Shown piece after piece: positions 1 to 9,366 of a DNA stretch of 64,000 bases. The stretch covers positions 11,453 through 75,452 of the forward strand of contig JAKPMO010000023.1 in assembly GCA_029548865.1 (NCBI GenBank), written 5' to 3'. Each line of letters starts with the position of its first letter. Position 1 is the stretch's first letter. This stretch comes from Caldisericota bacterium (GTDB lineage Bacteria; Caldisericota; Caldisericia; JAAYUI01). The position numbers and the translations under genes are program-made. Under the pieces are notes generated by a model. It saw only the letters and a list, made by a program, of their open reading frames with translations. It was not told the DNA's origin and did not search any database.

Positions 1-1
1 G

Positions 2-130
2 GGAGCGGGATTGCAAGCAATCAGAATCTCGCTCATAGATGAAGACCCAGATGGTATTTCCGAAGCGGTGTCCATCTTGGGAAAAGCGTTGAACCCTCCA
101 GAGGGGAAAATGGTTTATGATGGTCTTTAG
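2..130 (+). CDS. 3' end of a gene truncated by the window edge, function unknown
   Basis: Open frame GAGLQAIRISLIDEDPDG...YDGL ending at TAG 128-130; convergent with the next gene. Confidence 0.5.
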   Translation, partial: GAGLQAIRISLIDEDPDGISEAVSILGKALNPPEGKMVYDGL

Positions 131-1059
131 TTTTGTTTCAGCAGGAGATACGAGTATATTTTTGCTGGGATACCTGGTTTAACAGTCATTCCAAGGCGCT
201 TTGGGTTTGGAAGCAGGCCAGAAGGTGTCTCCTGTCTTTCGACCAGATAGTTGTCTCCAGTTTCCTCGTCGTATGCCGGCGTGAGATTTTTTAAAAGGGT
301 ATTAAAACCTGGTCCTGGCTGAGTTCCTCCACTGTATTGCAAGAGCCTGTCTTCGACATCCGCTTTTCCAAAAGAATCAAATTTTGCTGGTTCTACTTTT
401 GCTCTCTGCGCCTTTCCTGCTATCTCATTGTATGATGGGAGACGTAGATAACTTCTTCTTATTTCTTCAAGTTTGGGCAAGATGCTTTCAAAATATTGCT
501 GTTTTGATTCCTCTATTGCCACCAAACCCACAGATTTGCCGTTTTTTTCAGGAACATCATACCACCATACCATCACCCTGCCTTCAAACTTTTGTCCGTC
601 CTGTTCCCTATCGTATTGCACCTGGGCAAAAGTTGCTTGGCATGGTGTGATGTCTTCTTCTCCAGGAAATGGAGTTGACCAGGGTTCGATTGATTCCTCT
701 CCACTTATTGAGAAACCGCTCATGGAATCTTTTATCATATCCAGCTCGAGAAAAGTTTTTGCATCCGTATGCCCTTTAATATTTTTCCATTCCATTGATA
801 TCTTTGTTGCTCCATCTTTTGACGTAATAGTTATGTTTCCGGATGCCTTGTAATCATTGCTACTGAGTATAAATCCATCGGGTATACTGATACCAAACCC
901 AAACTCATCTTGTTTTGCCTGCGGCACAAAATACTGGTATGGCAAAAAATCCTTAACTTCATCTTTAACTGGAATAATCGTTTCTTTGTCAGGCGTATTG
1001 GTGGACGATCCACATGAGCAAACTAAAAAAACAACCAGCAAACATATTAATTTCTTCAT
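127..1059 (-). CDS. Putative lipoprotein
   Basis: Likely start MKKLICLLVVFLVCSC (signal peptide plus lipobox); the longer ORF-track start overlaps the divergent gene. Confidence 0.75.
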   Translation of the reverse strand: MKKLICLLVVFLVCSCGSSTNTPDKETIIPVKDEVKDFLPYQYFVPQAKQDEFGFGISIPDGFILSSNDYKASGNITITSKDGATKISMEWKNIKGHTDAKTFLELDMIKDSMSGFSISGEESIEPWSTPFPGEEDITPCQATFAQVQYDREQDGQKFEGRVMVWWYDVPEKNGKSVGLVAIEESKQQYFESILPKLEEIRRSYLRLPSYNEIAGKAQRAKVEPAKFDSFGKADVEDRLLQYSGGTQPGPGFNTLLKNLTPAYDEETGDNYLVERQETPSGLLPNPKRLGMTVKPGIPAKIYSYLLLKQN

Positions 1060-1131
1060 GGACATGATAATAATTGCGTGCAATTTTTTGACAAGTAATA
1101 GATCGTTTCTGTCGGAAATATTAAATAATTG

Positions 1132-1160
1132 TTGACACAAATATTTCGAAAATGTAAAAT
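1132..1160 (+). promoter_or_regulatory. Sigma70-type promoter, probably leaderless
   Basis: TTGACA-17nt-TAAAAT, then 8 nt to GTG 1169; no SD. Confidence 0.7.
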
Positions 1161-1168
1161 ATTTTACC

Positions 1169-1783
1169 GTGATATTTACAGGATATCTTGATGATTTTGA
1201 CCTGATTGATTTCATCAGGTTCATCACCACGATGAAAAAAAGTGGAGTGCTTGTGATAACTGGCAAAAAGTCGGCCAAAATCGTGCTGTCTTTTGGCAAA
1301 ATCACTGGTGTCGTTGTTCCTTTCGAAGTAAGAAATCATTACAAATCCTATATTGCTGATCTAAAGGACGGATATTTCAGTCTTGAAGAGAGTCATTCAT
1401 TAAATGAGGATGAAGTTGTGGTAGTCAGTCAGGACGTATCGGAATTCCTTTTGGAACTTACCAGATTTAGAAGAGAACCTTCAGATCCAAAGTTGTATGA
1501 ACCCAACATGCTATTTGAGCTTAAGCCCATTTCTGACATTGGCAGATTGACATTCAATGTGGAAGAATGGAGAATAATAGCCGCACTCTCTGAATCAAGA
1601 ACCTTAAAAGAGTTATCTGAAAGACTGGAAATCGGTATTGCCAGATTGCAATGGATGATTTATTCACTCGAGCAAAGCGGGCTTATTAAAAGAAAAAGAC
1701 CGCAAGCGCAAAGGGAGAGAATGACCCAGAACGCTATTACAGAAGCACTCAAGCGGTTCATAGGCATCCTAAAAGGTTCATGA
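1169..1783 (+). CDS. DUF4388 (PATAN-like) protein with C-terminal HTH
   Basis: N-terminus G.L.DF.L.D.I......KKSGVL; C-terminal EEWRII...TLKELSERL...YSLEQSGLI wHTH-like segment. Confidence 0.75.
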   Translation: MIFTGYLDDFDLIDFIRFITTMKKSGVLVITGKKSAKIVLSFGKITGVVVPFEVRNHYKSYIADLKDGYFSLEESHSLNEDEVVVVSQDVSEFLLELTRFRREPSDPKLYEPNMLFELKPISDIGRLTFNVEEWRIIAALSESRTLKELSERLEIGIARLQWMIYSLEQSGLIKRKRPQAQRERMTQNAITEALKRFIGILKGS

Positions 1784-2298
1784 CAAAACTAAAAATTCTG
1801 ATTACCGGGCCTTTTTCTTCGGGTAAAACAACATTTGTAAATGCGCTTTCAGATATAGTGACTGTCCAGACCGAGGAAAGAGTCTGGGGTGAGGATGCAA
1901 AGATCAAGCAGGCCACAACCGTGGGCCTTGATTTTGGAAAAATACAGATTTCAAGTGATGTTCAGATATATCTTTTTGGGACCCCTGGCCAGGATCGTTT
2001 TGAATTCATCTGGGAAGATATGATAGTAGGTTCTCATGGACTGATAGTTCTTCTTGATAGATCAGATTGGCGCTCTGTTATGCAAACCAAGAAGTTTATC
2101 GATTTTTATACATCAAGGACTGTAGTTCCAATGGTTGTAGTCGCCAATAAATCTGATCTGGAGGATACCCTCCCATTGGAGTTCATTCAAGCGTATCTAG
2201 ATACTGATCCTTCAATTGGTTTTGTGGAGGCTTCCGGCAAAGACAAAAGTTCTGCAAGAAGAGTTCTGGAAGACATGATTATACGCATCCTCGAATAG
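1780..2298 (+). CDS. MglA-like small GTPase
   Basis: G1 GPFSSGKTT, G2 TTVGLDFG, G3 GTPGQDRF, G4 NKSD; ATGA overlap with the upstream gene. Confidence 0.85.
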   Translation: MTKLKILITGPFSSGKTTFVNALSDIVTVQTEERVWGEDAKIKQATTVGLDFGKIQISSDVQIYLFGTPGQDRFEFIWEDMIVGSHGLIVLLDRSDWRSVMQTKKFIDFYTSRTVVPMVVVANKSDLEDTLPLEFIQAYLDTDPSIGFVEASGKDKSSARRVLEDMIIRILE

Positions 2299-2638
2299 GG
2301 ACACAGATTTTCCCCTTCTTTTCATAGATCTTTGTTGCTGCCTTGTCACGCATTCTAAAAGCAGTTGCCCTTGAAATACCTACCATTGAAGATGCTTTAT
2401 CAAAGGTTATTCCTTCCAGATAAATCAGCCTTATAAGACTCTCTTCCTTCACATCGAGTCCTTCGAGCATGTCATCTATCTCCAGAAGTTTATCTAGTAT
2501 GGCAGTTCTGCTATTTGTGTTTCCATCCATGCCTTTTATTTTGATCGTAGACGCTGAGAACATTTCCAGTTTCTTTTTAAGTTCCTTGTATGTGTTCATC
2601 ATTTTTTCAAGATAGTCCAAAACTTTTACTGACGCCAT
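2279..2638 (-). CDS. Small sigma70 region-4 / RinA-like HTH regulator
   Basis: LIRLIYLEGITFDKASSMVGISRATAFRMRDKA; SD GGAGGGAG upstream. Confidence 0.7.
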   Translation of the reverse strand: MASVKVLDYLEKMMNTYKELKKKLEMFSASTIKIKGMDGNTNSRTAILDKLLEIDDMLEGLDVKEESLIRLIYLEGITFDKASSMVGISRATAFRMRDKAATKIYEKKGKICVPIRGCV

Positions 2639-2722
2639 TTTCTCCCTCCTTCAAAAAGTAACACGACAATAGAGTGTGCTAACTTAACCATACAGAAGCG
2701 TTGTATTGTGTAAAATCCTTGC

Positions 2723-3238
2723 GTGAGAATAAAGACCCCGGCCAAGGCCCTGCTCTTAATAATAACATTCGTAATCGTTGGTTTAAGTACTTTTTTGTAT
2801 GTTCCAAAGCAGTTTGATTCGTCCAGTTTCTTTTTTGACAAGAACGCTTTGCAACAGGTCATCAACTTGATAAGGACATCAAAGAGACAAATCTTTGTCG
2901 AAATGTACTCCTTCACTCATGGTGATGTGATAAGGGAGCTTGAAGCAAAAAAGAGGGCTGGTTTGGATGTTAGGGTTATAGTAGATGACAACCCGGAAAA
3001 CGAAGCCCTTGCCAAAGCCAGATTTGATGTCAGATTTGAGGGAACACCAAGAATGTTCCACCGTAAGTTTGCGATTGTGGATGAACAATGGATATGGATA
3101 GGATCAACAAACTGGACCTACAGTGGCTTTGGAAAGAACGCGGAGGTCGACTTGTTGATGTCATCCCCTGACCATGCGTATAATCTTGTCAGGCAGTTCG
3201 AACAGGATTGGGCAAAAGCGAAAAGGAGGCCGAAATGA
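2723..3238 (+). CDS. Membrane-anchored phospholipase D/Nuc-family protein with a single HKD motif
   Basis: HRKFAIVD...GSTNWT...N.E motif; N-terminal hydrophobic helix. Confidence 0.85.
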   Translation: MRIKTPAKALLLIITFVIVGLSTFLYVPKQFDSSSFFFDKNALQQVINLIRTSKRQIFVEMYSFTHGDVIRELEAKKRAGLDVRVIVDDNPENEALAKARFDVRFEGTPRMFHRKFAIVDEQWIWIGSTNWTYSGFGKNAEVDLLMSSPDHAYNLVRQFEQDWAKAKRRPK

Positions 3239-4548
3239 ACTATCTCGTGCTGGGAAATGGTGCGAGGGAACATGCAATATGCTGGGCATTGTCAAAAAAC
3301 TCGGATGTGCATGCGATGCCTGGTAATCCCGGGATGATCCTTGATGCTGATATTGTTTCAGGCAACCCAATGAATTTTGGGGAAGTGGCCAGTGTTGCAA
3401 AAAAGCTTTCCTGCTCTGCCGTTTTCGCTGGTGCCGAACTCCCGTTGGTTGAAGGGATAACTGATGCCCTTGCAAGTGAGGGGATTTTTGTTTTTGGACC
3501 ATCAAAAGAGGGTGCGATGCTTGAGGGTTCAAAAGCTTTTGCAAAAGATTTCATGAAGAGAAACGGCATTCCCTGTGCCGACCACCAGACCTTTGACAAT
3601 GAGAAAGAGGCGATGGATTTTGTGTCGAAGCACCCATTCCCCCTAGTTATAAAGGTCGATGGTTTGGCCTCCGGAAAAGGCGTCCATATTGTCGAAGACC
3701 TGAGAGAAGCCGAGATCGCGATAAAAGCAATACTCTCCGAGAAAACATATGGAGAGTCCGGCAGGGTGATTGTTATTGAGGAATTTCTTGTTGGCAAGGA
3801 ACTGACTGTGATGGCCTTCACTGATGGCAAGGTTATAAAAATGCTCCCACCTTCAAGGGATCACAAAAGGCTTGAAGATGGTGACAAGGGACCAATGACC
3901 GGGGGGATGGGGTCTTATTGCCCTGTCCCGGACGCTGATCCCGGGCTTCTTGAAAAAATAAAAACAGATATTGTTGAAAAAACGCTTGTCGGGCTTCAAA
4001 AGGAGAGTATCGACTATAAAGGTGTTATCTATTGCGGTCTCATGCTTACTGGGGAAGGGCCAAAAGTGCTTGAATACAATTGCAGGTTTGGCGATCCGGA
4101 GGCCCAGGTTGTTTTGCCGATGCTCCAGACCCCGCTTTCAGCAGTTGTCGAGGCAGTAAAAGAGGGTGAGCTAGAACGTTTGCCAATTGTTGCAAAGAAA
4201 GGCTTTGCTGCATGTGTTGTGCTGGCTTCTGAAGGTTACCCAGGTAAACCTGTGGTGGGATTACCTGTTGGTGGTTTCAACAAGGCGCAAACTATAGAAA
4301 ATGTGCTGGTTTTTGCGGCTGGAATTGGTGGAGAACCCGGCAAGCTGGTGACTTCTGGGGGAAGGGTTGTTTCGTGCGTTGGGCTTGGTAGCACTCTCAG
4401 AATGGCCCTTGGAAGGGCATATTCACTTGCGGGCATTGTGGATTTTAAGGGAAAACAGTTTAGAGGCGACATAGGAGGAAGATATGCCAGAGGCAGGACA
4501 AGTATTGTTGATCTTAGGCTCAAAATCAGACCTAGAGGTAGCATCTGA
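3235..4548 (+). CDS. purD: Phosphoribosylamine-glycine ligase
   Basis: LGNGAREHA, LEGSKAFAK, KVDGLASGKGV, EYNCRFGDPE, TSGGRV; SD AGGAGG. Confidence 0.97.
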   Translation: MNYLVLGNGAREHAICWALSKNSDVHAMPGNPGMILDADIVSGNPMNFGEVASVAKKLSCSAVFAGAELPLVEGITDALASEGIFVFGPSKEGAMLEGSKAFAKDFMKRNGIPCADHQTFDNEKEAMDFVSKHPFPLVIKVDGLASGKGVHIVEDLREAEIAIKAILSEKTYGESGRVIVIEEFLVGKELTVMAFTDGKVIKMLPPSRDHKRLEDGDKGPMTGGMGSYCPVPDADPGLLEKIKTDIVEKTLVGLQKESIDYKGVIYCGLMLTGEGPKVLEYNCRFGDPEAQVVLPMLQTPLSAVVEAVKEGELERLPIVAKKGFAACVVLASEGYPGKPVVGLPVGGFNKAQTIENVLVFAAGIGGEPGKLVTSGGRVVSCVGLGSTLRMALGRAYSLAGIVDFKGKQFRGDIGGRYARGRTSIVDLRLKIRPRGSI

Positions 4549-4957
4549 GGCAACGAAAACGCTGGATAAGCTTGGAGTTACCTGGGAACAGGTTGTCTCT
4601 TCAGCCCATAGAACTCCGGATAGAACGACCCAAATAGCGAAAGAAGCCATGGGAAAGGGCCACAAGGTCATTATTTGCATGGCTGGCTATGCAGCACATT
4701 TGCCAGGTGTTGTTGCTGCGCTTACCAACCTTCCGGTGATTGGCGTCCCTCTTTCTGGATCACCGCTCAATGGCCTTGATGCCTTATTGGCTCAGCAGAT
4801 GCCTTCAGGAATTCCGGTTGCCGCAATGACCATTGGGACTGCAGGTGCCATAAACGCTGCTGTTTTTGCTGCCAGGATAGTTGCCCTTTCTGATGAGGCT
4901 GTGAGGACAAAATTGGCCCAGTATGTGAATGATCTTGCAGCAAAAGTGCTAAACTAA
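4484..4957 (+). CDS. purE: N5-CAIR mutase / AIR carboxylase
   Basis: GSKSD, SAHRTP, AHLPGVVA, PVIGVP, QMPSGIPVA. Confidence 0.95.
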   Translation: MPEAGQVLLILGSKSDLEVASEATKTLDKLGVTWEQVVSSAHRTPDRTTQIAKEAMGKGHKVIICMAGYAAHLPGVVAALTNLPVIGVPLSGSPLNGLDALLAQQMPSGIPVAAMTIGTAGAINAAVFAARIVALSDEAVRTKLAQYVNDLAAKVLN

Positions 4958-5023
4958 TAAAAAGATTGCTAGGTAATACCAAAATTATTGATTATTATTG
5001 CCTAGCTGGATAAGATTGGGGTC

Positions 5024-5935
5024 GTGTTGAGAAAAAAGACGGCAAGAATGTTGAGGAGGATTGTCGCCCTATCTTTGTTTGTCTGCGCATGTATTTTGTT
5101 GGTTATCTCTGCAAAGTTGCTCTTTTTTCCAAGCGTAAATGAAGAACCTCCGAAACGCATTGAAGTCTTTGATAGGTATTGGCTGAGGCTTCAGGAGAAG
5201 GTTGACTGGCTGGCAAAGCAGCGTGAATCAAAAAGTGCAAAGGATTTTCTCTGGCTCTCAAAGAGGACCTTAGAGTTGAGGCCACTTTCGAATAGAACAG
5301 TTTTCCTGACATTTGATGATGGACCGTCAGGCACAACGCCTAGAATACTGGATATTCTTAAAGCAAATGGTGTAAAAGCAACCTTTTTTACGCTTGGCTT
5401 GCAGGTTGACGATATGCCGTCAATTGTCAGAAAGACCGTAGAGGAGGGGCATTGTGTCCTCTCCCATGGGTATAGCCACAGATATGACCTCTACAACGAT
5501 CCGCCAAAATTCTTTGAGGACATTGATAAGGCGATGTCCTCGATAATGAATGCCACAAGTAAAAGGCCGCTGCCTTATGTCAGGCTTCCGGGTGGTGCCA
5601 ACAATCAGTATCCAAGGAAAAAACCCTTTGATGAATGCAAAAAAGGGTTGATAAATCGTGGTATCAGTTATGTTGAATGGAATGCCAGCATGGATGATTC
5701 AACATTCAAGAAACACACCAGAAACTACATGATTGAGAACGTGCTACTCAAGGCGAAGGCAAACAATTTTATAATCGTCCTGATGCATGATTCTGCAGGA
5801 AAAGGGCTAACTATCAGCGCCCTTCCCGAGGTGATTAAGGGACTCAGAGACATGGGTTTTGTTTTCAGGACATTTTCTGACCTTACGGATGCTGAAAGGA
5901 AAAGGATGCTTTCCCTCAAGCTCATCAACAGGTGA
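5024..5935 (+). CDS. Polysaccharide deacetylase (CE4), membrane anchored
   Basis: LTFDDGP, HGYSH, RLPGG, VLMHD. Confidence 0.92.
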   Translation: MLRKKTARMLRRIVALSLFVCACILLVISAKLLFFPSVNEEPPKRIEVFDRYWLRLQEKVDWLAKQRESKSAKDFLWLSKRTLELRPLSNRTVFLTFDDGPSGTTPRILDILKANGVKATFFTLGLQVDDMPSIVRKTVEEGHCVLSHGYSHRYDLYNDPPKFFEDIDKAMSSIMNATSKRPLPYVRLPGGANNQYPRKKPFDECKKGLINRGISYVEWNASMDDSTFKKHTRNYMIENVLLKAKANNFIIVLMHDSAGKGLTISALPEVIKGLRDMGFVFRTFSDLTDAERKRMLSLKLINR

Positions 5936-6077
5936 CCTTCTCTTTACAAAAATATTTCTACCCTTCAAAAATCAGCTATACATAATTCTTTAAAACTTGC
6001 CACTTGAAATTTTGTCAAGAGGGTGTATAAGTGCATTGTATGAAGAAAAATAGGGAAAGGAGGACCAAAACGGTAGT

Positions 6078-6515
6078 ATGGCGATAGTAAGATGGAACCC
6101 GATGAAAGAATTGTTTTGGGATGATTTTGGAAAAGAATTCAGGAAGATGATGAGGGGTGAAGTGGAAAAAGTTGGTGAGATGGGCGAATTTTGGGCACCA
6201 TCCATTGATCTTTCCGAAACCCAGGACGCCTACACCCTAAAGGCTGATTTACCAGGAATGAAATCCGAAGATGTTAATGTCGAAGTGCATGATGATATAG
6301 TGACAATTTCCGGCGAGAGGAAAGAAGAGAGAAGCTCTGAAGAAGAGAACGTTCATGTAACTGAAGTCTCTTATGGTAAGTTCATGAGATCAGTCAGGCT
6401 CCCGATCTCCGTTGATCCGGATAAGGTGAAAGCAAAATTTGAGAATGGGGTCCTCAAGGTGTCCCTTCCAAAGAGCGAAAAGGTGAAGCCGAAGAAGATT
6501 GAAATTGAGAAATAA
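6078..6515 (+). CDS. Hsp20/alpha-crystallin small heat-shock protein
   Basis: ADLPG, ISGER, YGKFMRSVRLP, AKFENGVLKVSLPK; SD AAGGAGG. Confidence 0.95.
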   Translation: MAIVRWNPMKELFWDDFGKEFRKMMRGEVEKVGEMGEFWAPSIDLSETQDAYTLKADLPGMKSEDVNVEVHDDIVTISGERKEERSSEEENVHVTEVSYGKFMRSVRLPISVDPDKVKAKFENGVLKVSLPKSEKVKPKKIEIEK

Positions 6516-6582
6516 GTGTTGAAGAACAAGCCAACTATTTTCAGGAGGTGGGCCGGCGTCCCTTGAATGGGCACCGGCCATT

Positions 6583-7362
6583 TTGCGTATGGAAAGAATT
6601 TTTGTTTCTCAAAAACTTTATTTGTATCCGATAGAGATTCTTGATGTCCCCCATAGGGCAATGGTCAGACTAAAATCGCTTGGCGTTTTTCGCCTTGAAC
6701 AACTGGCCGGTCTTACCGAATCTGATCTTCTCTCCGTCTACCATTTTGGCCAGAAATCCCTGTTTGAACTCAAAAGAAGGCTTGATATTCTTAACCAGTG
6801 TGTAATGGAGGAAGGCCGTCCACCAGAAGACATCATAGAATGCATGAGACTGAAGCTGGAAGGTCCTGATGAATTCTTGGAGGAAGTGATATCATCGTTT
6901 CAGGAAGAAGATAATGGCAGGACAAGCATCTGTTTCTATTTGGCAAAACTCCCTCCAAGAGGCATTTTTGTTGTTTCGGAAAGAATTGGCCTGAGGCGGG
7001 CCCATATAAGGACACTTCAGGAAATTGCGGATGTCATGAGTCTTACCAGGGAACGGGTAAGACAACTCCAGAATAGATCTTTGCAATACCTCCAATCGAG
7101 CCTTTGCAAAGAAGACATACTTTCGGATTGGGAAGAAACCTTGGTTTGGGCTGCCACAACACCACCTCCTGGTGAGCAGAGTTTCCTTGAGAGGATCGAG
7201 TCCACGGGTGTAAGCGGGAACGCAAACATAACCGGTTTCGTTGTTCTTGCCACCCACATCATCAAGGGGATTGATTTGCCTCCACTTCTTCGTGCCGCAA
7301 GGGACGGAAAACTCAACAAGATCTGGGCCAGAAAGCACCAGACAAAAAACAGGGAAGAATAA
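6583..7362 (+). CDS. RNA polymerase alpha-CTD-like plus sigma70 region-4 fusion protein (start TTG 6583 or ATG 6589)
   Basis: PIEILDVPHRAMVRLKSLGV...DLLSVYHFGQKSLFEL (alphaCTD-like); RTLQEIADVMSLTRERVRQLQNRSL (sigma 4.2). Confidence 0.8.
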   Translation: MRMERIFVSQKLYLYPIEILDVPHRAMVRLKSLGVFRLEQLAGLTESDLLSVYHFGQKSLFELKRRLDILNQCVMEEGRPPEDIIECMRLKLEGPDEFLEEVISSFQEEDNGRTSICFYLAKLPPRGIFVVSERIGLRRAHIRTLQEIADVMSLTRERVRQLQNRSLQYLQSSLCKEDILSDWEETLVWAATTPPPGEQSFLERIESTGVSGNANITGFVVLATHIIKGIDLPPLLRAARDGKLNKIWARKHQTKNREE

Positions 7363-7462
7363 AAATTATTCGACTGGCTTGCCTTGGACTATTGCCTTGG
7401 CCTCCTAAATAGTTATTATTTTCACAACACGCACCGAAGGTGCCAAAGGAGGAAAAGGGTAA

Positions 7463-7927
7463 ATGATAAAGAAGTTTTCAGCGGTGATCCTAATCATCTT
7501 CTCGGTAATCAGCCTTATTGTTGGTGCGATTTACATCTGGCAGGGTGCATCAAAATACAGCCAGATAACCAGCATGGCTGCTGAAGAAAAAGTCCAGATT
7601 GGAATGACTGAGGATCAAATCAAAAATGGTAATGTCGTTGACACCATGTCGGAGATGCAAAAGGCTGCAGACACAATCAGGGAGCACCGAAGGGGTATTG
7701 CAAAGACCTATGAGGAACTCCTCGGAACTGGCAAATTTGACCCCACAAATCCAAAGCACGCCACATACGCCCAGGCAATCAACCTTGAAAACTATCTCTA
7801 TGTTGGAATGCTCTCCCTTGGCGTTTCACTCTCGATGATAGGCATCGGGCTCTTTATGGTGATGATGGCCATTGCAATGCTTCTGACAGGGCTTGCGCTT
7901 TTCCCGGAAAAAGCCAAATTGTCCTGA
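7463..7927 (+). CDS. Hypothetical membrane protein (2 TM)
   Basis: SD AAGGAGG; hydrophobic N- and C-terminal segments. Confidence 0.75.
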   Translation: MIKKFSAVILIIFSVISLIVGAIYIWQGASKYSQITSMAAEEKVQIGMTEDQIKNGNVVDTMSEMQKAADTIREHRRGIAKTYEELLGTGKFDPTNPKHATYAQAINLENYLYVGMLSLGVSLSMIGIGLFMVMMAIAMLLTGLALFPEKAKLS

Positions 7928-7937
7928 CAAAATCGCA

Positions 7938-7982
7938 AAAAGCCTGCCTTGTTTTCCCCAGGCAGGCTTTTTTATTTTTTTT
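7938..7982 (+). terminator. Intrinsic terminator
   Basis: AAAAGCCTGCCT...AGGCAGGCTTTT plus U tract. Confidence 0.85.
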
Positions 7983-8054
7983 GAAAATCGCTGACCAAAA
8001 TACAATTTTCTTCGTACAATTAGCCAAATGGATTTTTTGTCCGGAGGTCATAAG

Positions 8055-9296
8055 GTGACTAGAAACAAAACTTCTCTAGCACTTATTTTTGTTCTTTCGC
8101 TTGTTGCCATTTCGCCCTGCCTTGCAATAAGCATTGAAGACCAGCAGGACCCCAAATATTGCATCGTGGACACTGGCCAGGAGAAATGCTACGACAACAG
8201 CAGGGAAATCAGGGAGCCATCCAGAGACGGCCCATTCTATGGCCAGGATGCGCAAAACAAAGGCAACAAACCCAGCTACAGGGACAATGGCGACGGGACA
8301 GTCACAGACCTGAACACCGGCCTGATGTGGGTCAGGGAAAGGGGCAAGAAAGTAACTTGGAAAGATGCAATTTCTGGTGCTCCTGCCTGCCGGATTGGCG
8401 GGTACACCGACTGGCGCATGCCAACAATCAAGGAATTGTACTCGCTGATAAATTTCACGGGGCGACAGGCCAGAACAGAATCTGAATCAGTGCCCTACAT
8501 CGACACCAAATATTTTGGCTTCAAATATGGCAGCGGGACGGGCAATGAACGCCTGATCGACTGTCAAGACTGGTCTGCAACCGAATATCTTTCCACAACA
8601 ATGAACAACGACGCCTCGGTTTTTGGTGTCAATTTTGCAGATGGCCGCATCAAGGGCTATCCAAAGCAGGTGCGCAGACGGGAAGGTGCTGGTGACAACA
8701 GGCTCTATGCCAGATATGTCCGTGGAAACCCCGAATATGGCAAGAATGATTTCATCGACAACGGTGATGGCACAGTGGCAGACAGGGCGACTGGCCTTGT
8801 GTGGTCAAAGGGTGACAGTGGCACAGGAATGAATTGGGAACAGGCCCTCAAATGGGTGCAGAAAAAGAACACCGAAAAATATCTGGGTCATGATGACTGG
8901 CGGCTTCCCAACGCAAAGGAACTCCAGAGCATCGTCGATTATTCAAGGTGCCCGGACAGAACGGACTCGCCTTCGATTGCCCCAGTCTTTGAATGCACGC
9001 AGATCAAAAATGAAAAGGGCGACAGGGACTACCCGTTCTACTGGACAGGCACCACCCACCTGGACAATATGGGTGCTGTTTATGTTTGTTTTGGCAGGGC
9101 GATGGGCTTTATGGAGATGCCACCAGGGTCTGGCAACTACAGGTGTGTGGATGTACACGGGGCCGGTGCCCAGCGCAGTGACCCGAAGGCCGGCAACCCG
9201 GCTGATTTCCCAAAGGGCCGCGGCCCGCAGGGCGATGTTGTCAGGATAAACAATTTTGTGAGGCTGGTAAGGAGCGGAAACAAGAAAATCAAATAG
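8055..9296 (+). CDS. Secreted DUF1566 (Lcl C-terminal) double-domain protein
   Basis: Two DNGDGTV.D..TGL.W / DWR.P..KEL repeats; IVDTGQ; signal peptide; GGAGG before GTG 8055. Confidence 0.88.
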   Translation: MTRNKTSLALIFVLSLVAISPCLAISIEDQQDPKYCIVDTGQEKCYDNSREIREPSRDGPFYGQDAQNKGNKPSYRDNGDGTVTDLNTGLMWVRERGKKVTWKDAISGAPACRIGGYTDWRMPTIKELYSLINFTGRQARTESESVPYIDTKYFGFKYGSGTGNERLIDCQDWSATEYLSTTMNNDASVFGVNFADGRIKGYPKQVRRREGAGDNRLYARYVRGNPEYGKNDFIDNGDGTVADRATGLVWSKGDSGTGMNWEQALKWVQKKNTEKYLGHDDWRLPNAKELQSIVDYSRCPDRTDSPSIAPVFECTQIKNEKGDRDYPFYWTGTTHLDNMGAVYVCFGRAMGFMEMPPGSGNYRCVDVHGAGAQRSDPKAGNPADFPKGRGPQGDVVRINNFVRLVRSGNKKIK

Positions 9297-9366
9297 TACC
9301 AGCACCTCTTTTTGAATTCTGGTACGCTGTTTGCATCCATGTGTCCTTCGGGTATAATGGCAATCC

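Noticed and set aside
5990..6077. CIRCE/HrcA operator upstream of hsp20
   Set aside because: No TTAGCACTC-N9-GAGTGCTAA match; only a plausible TTGAAA-16-TATAAG promoter
8055..9296. DUF1566 protein as a DGR target
   Set aside because: No template repeat or RT seen in the window
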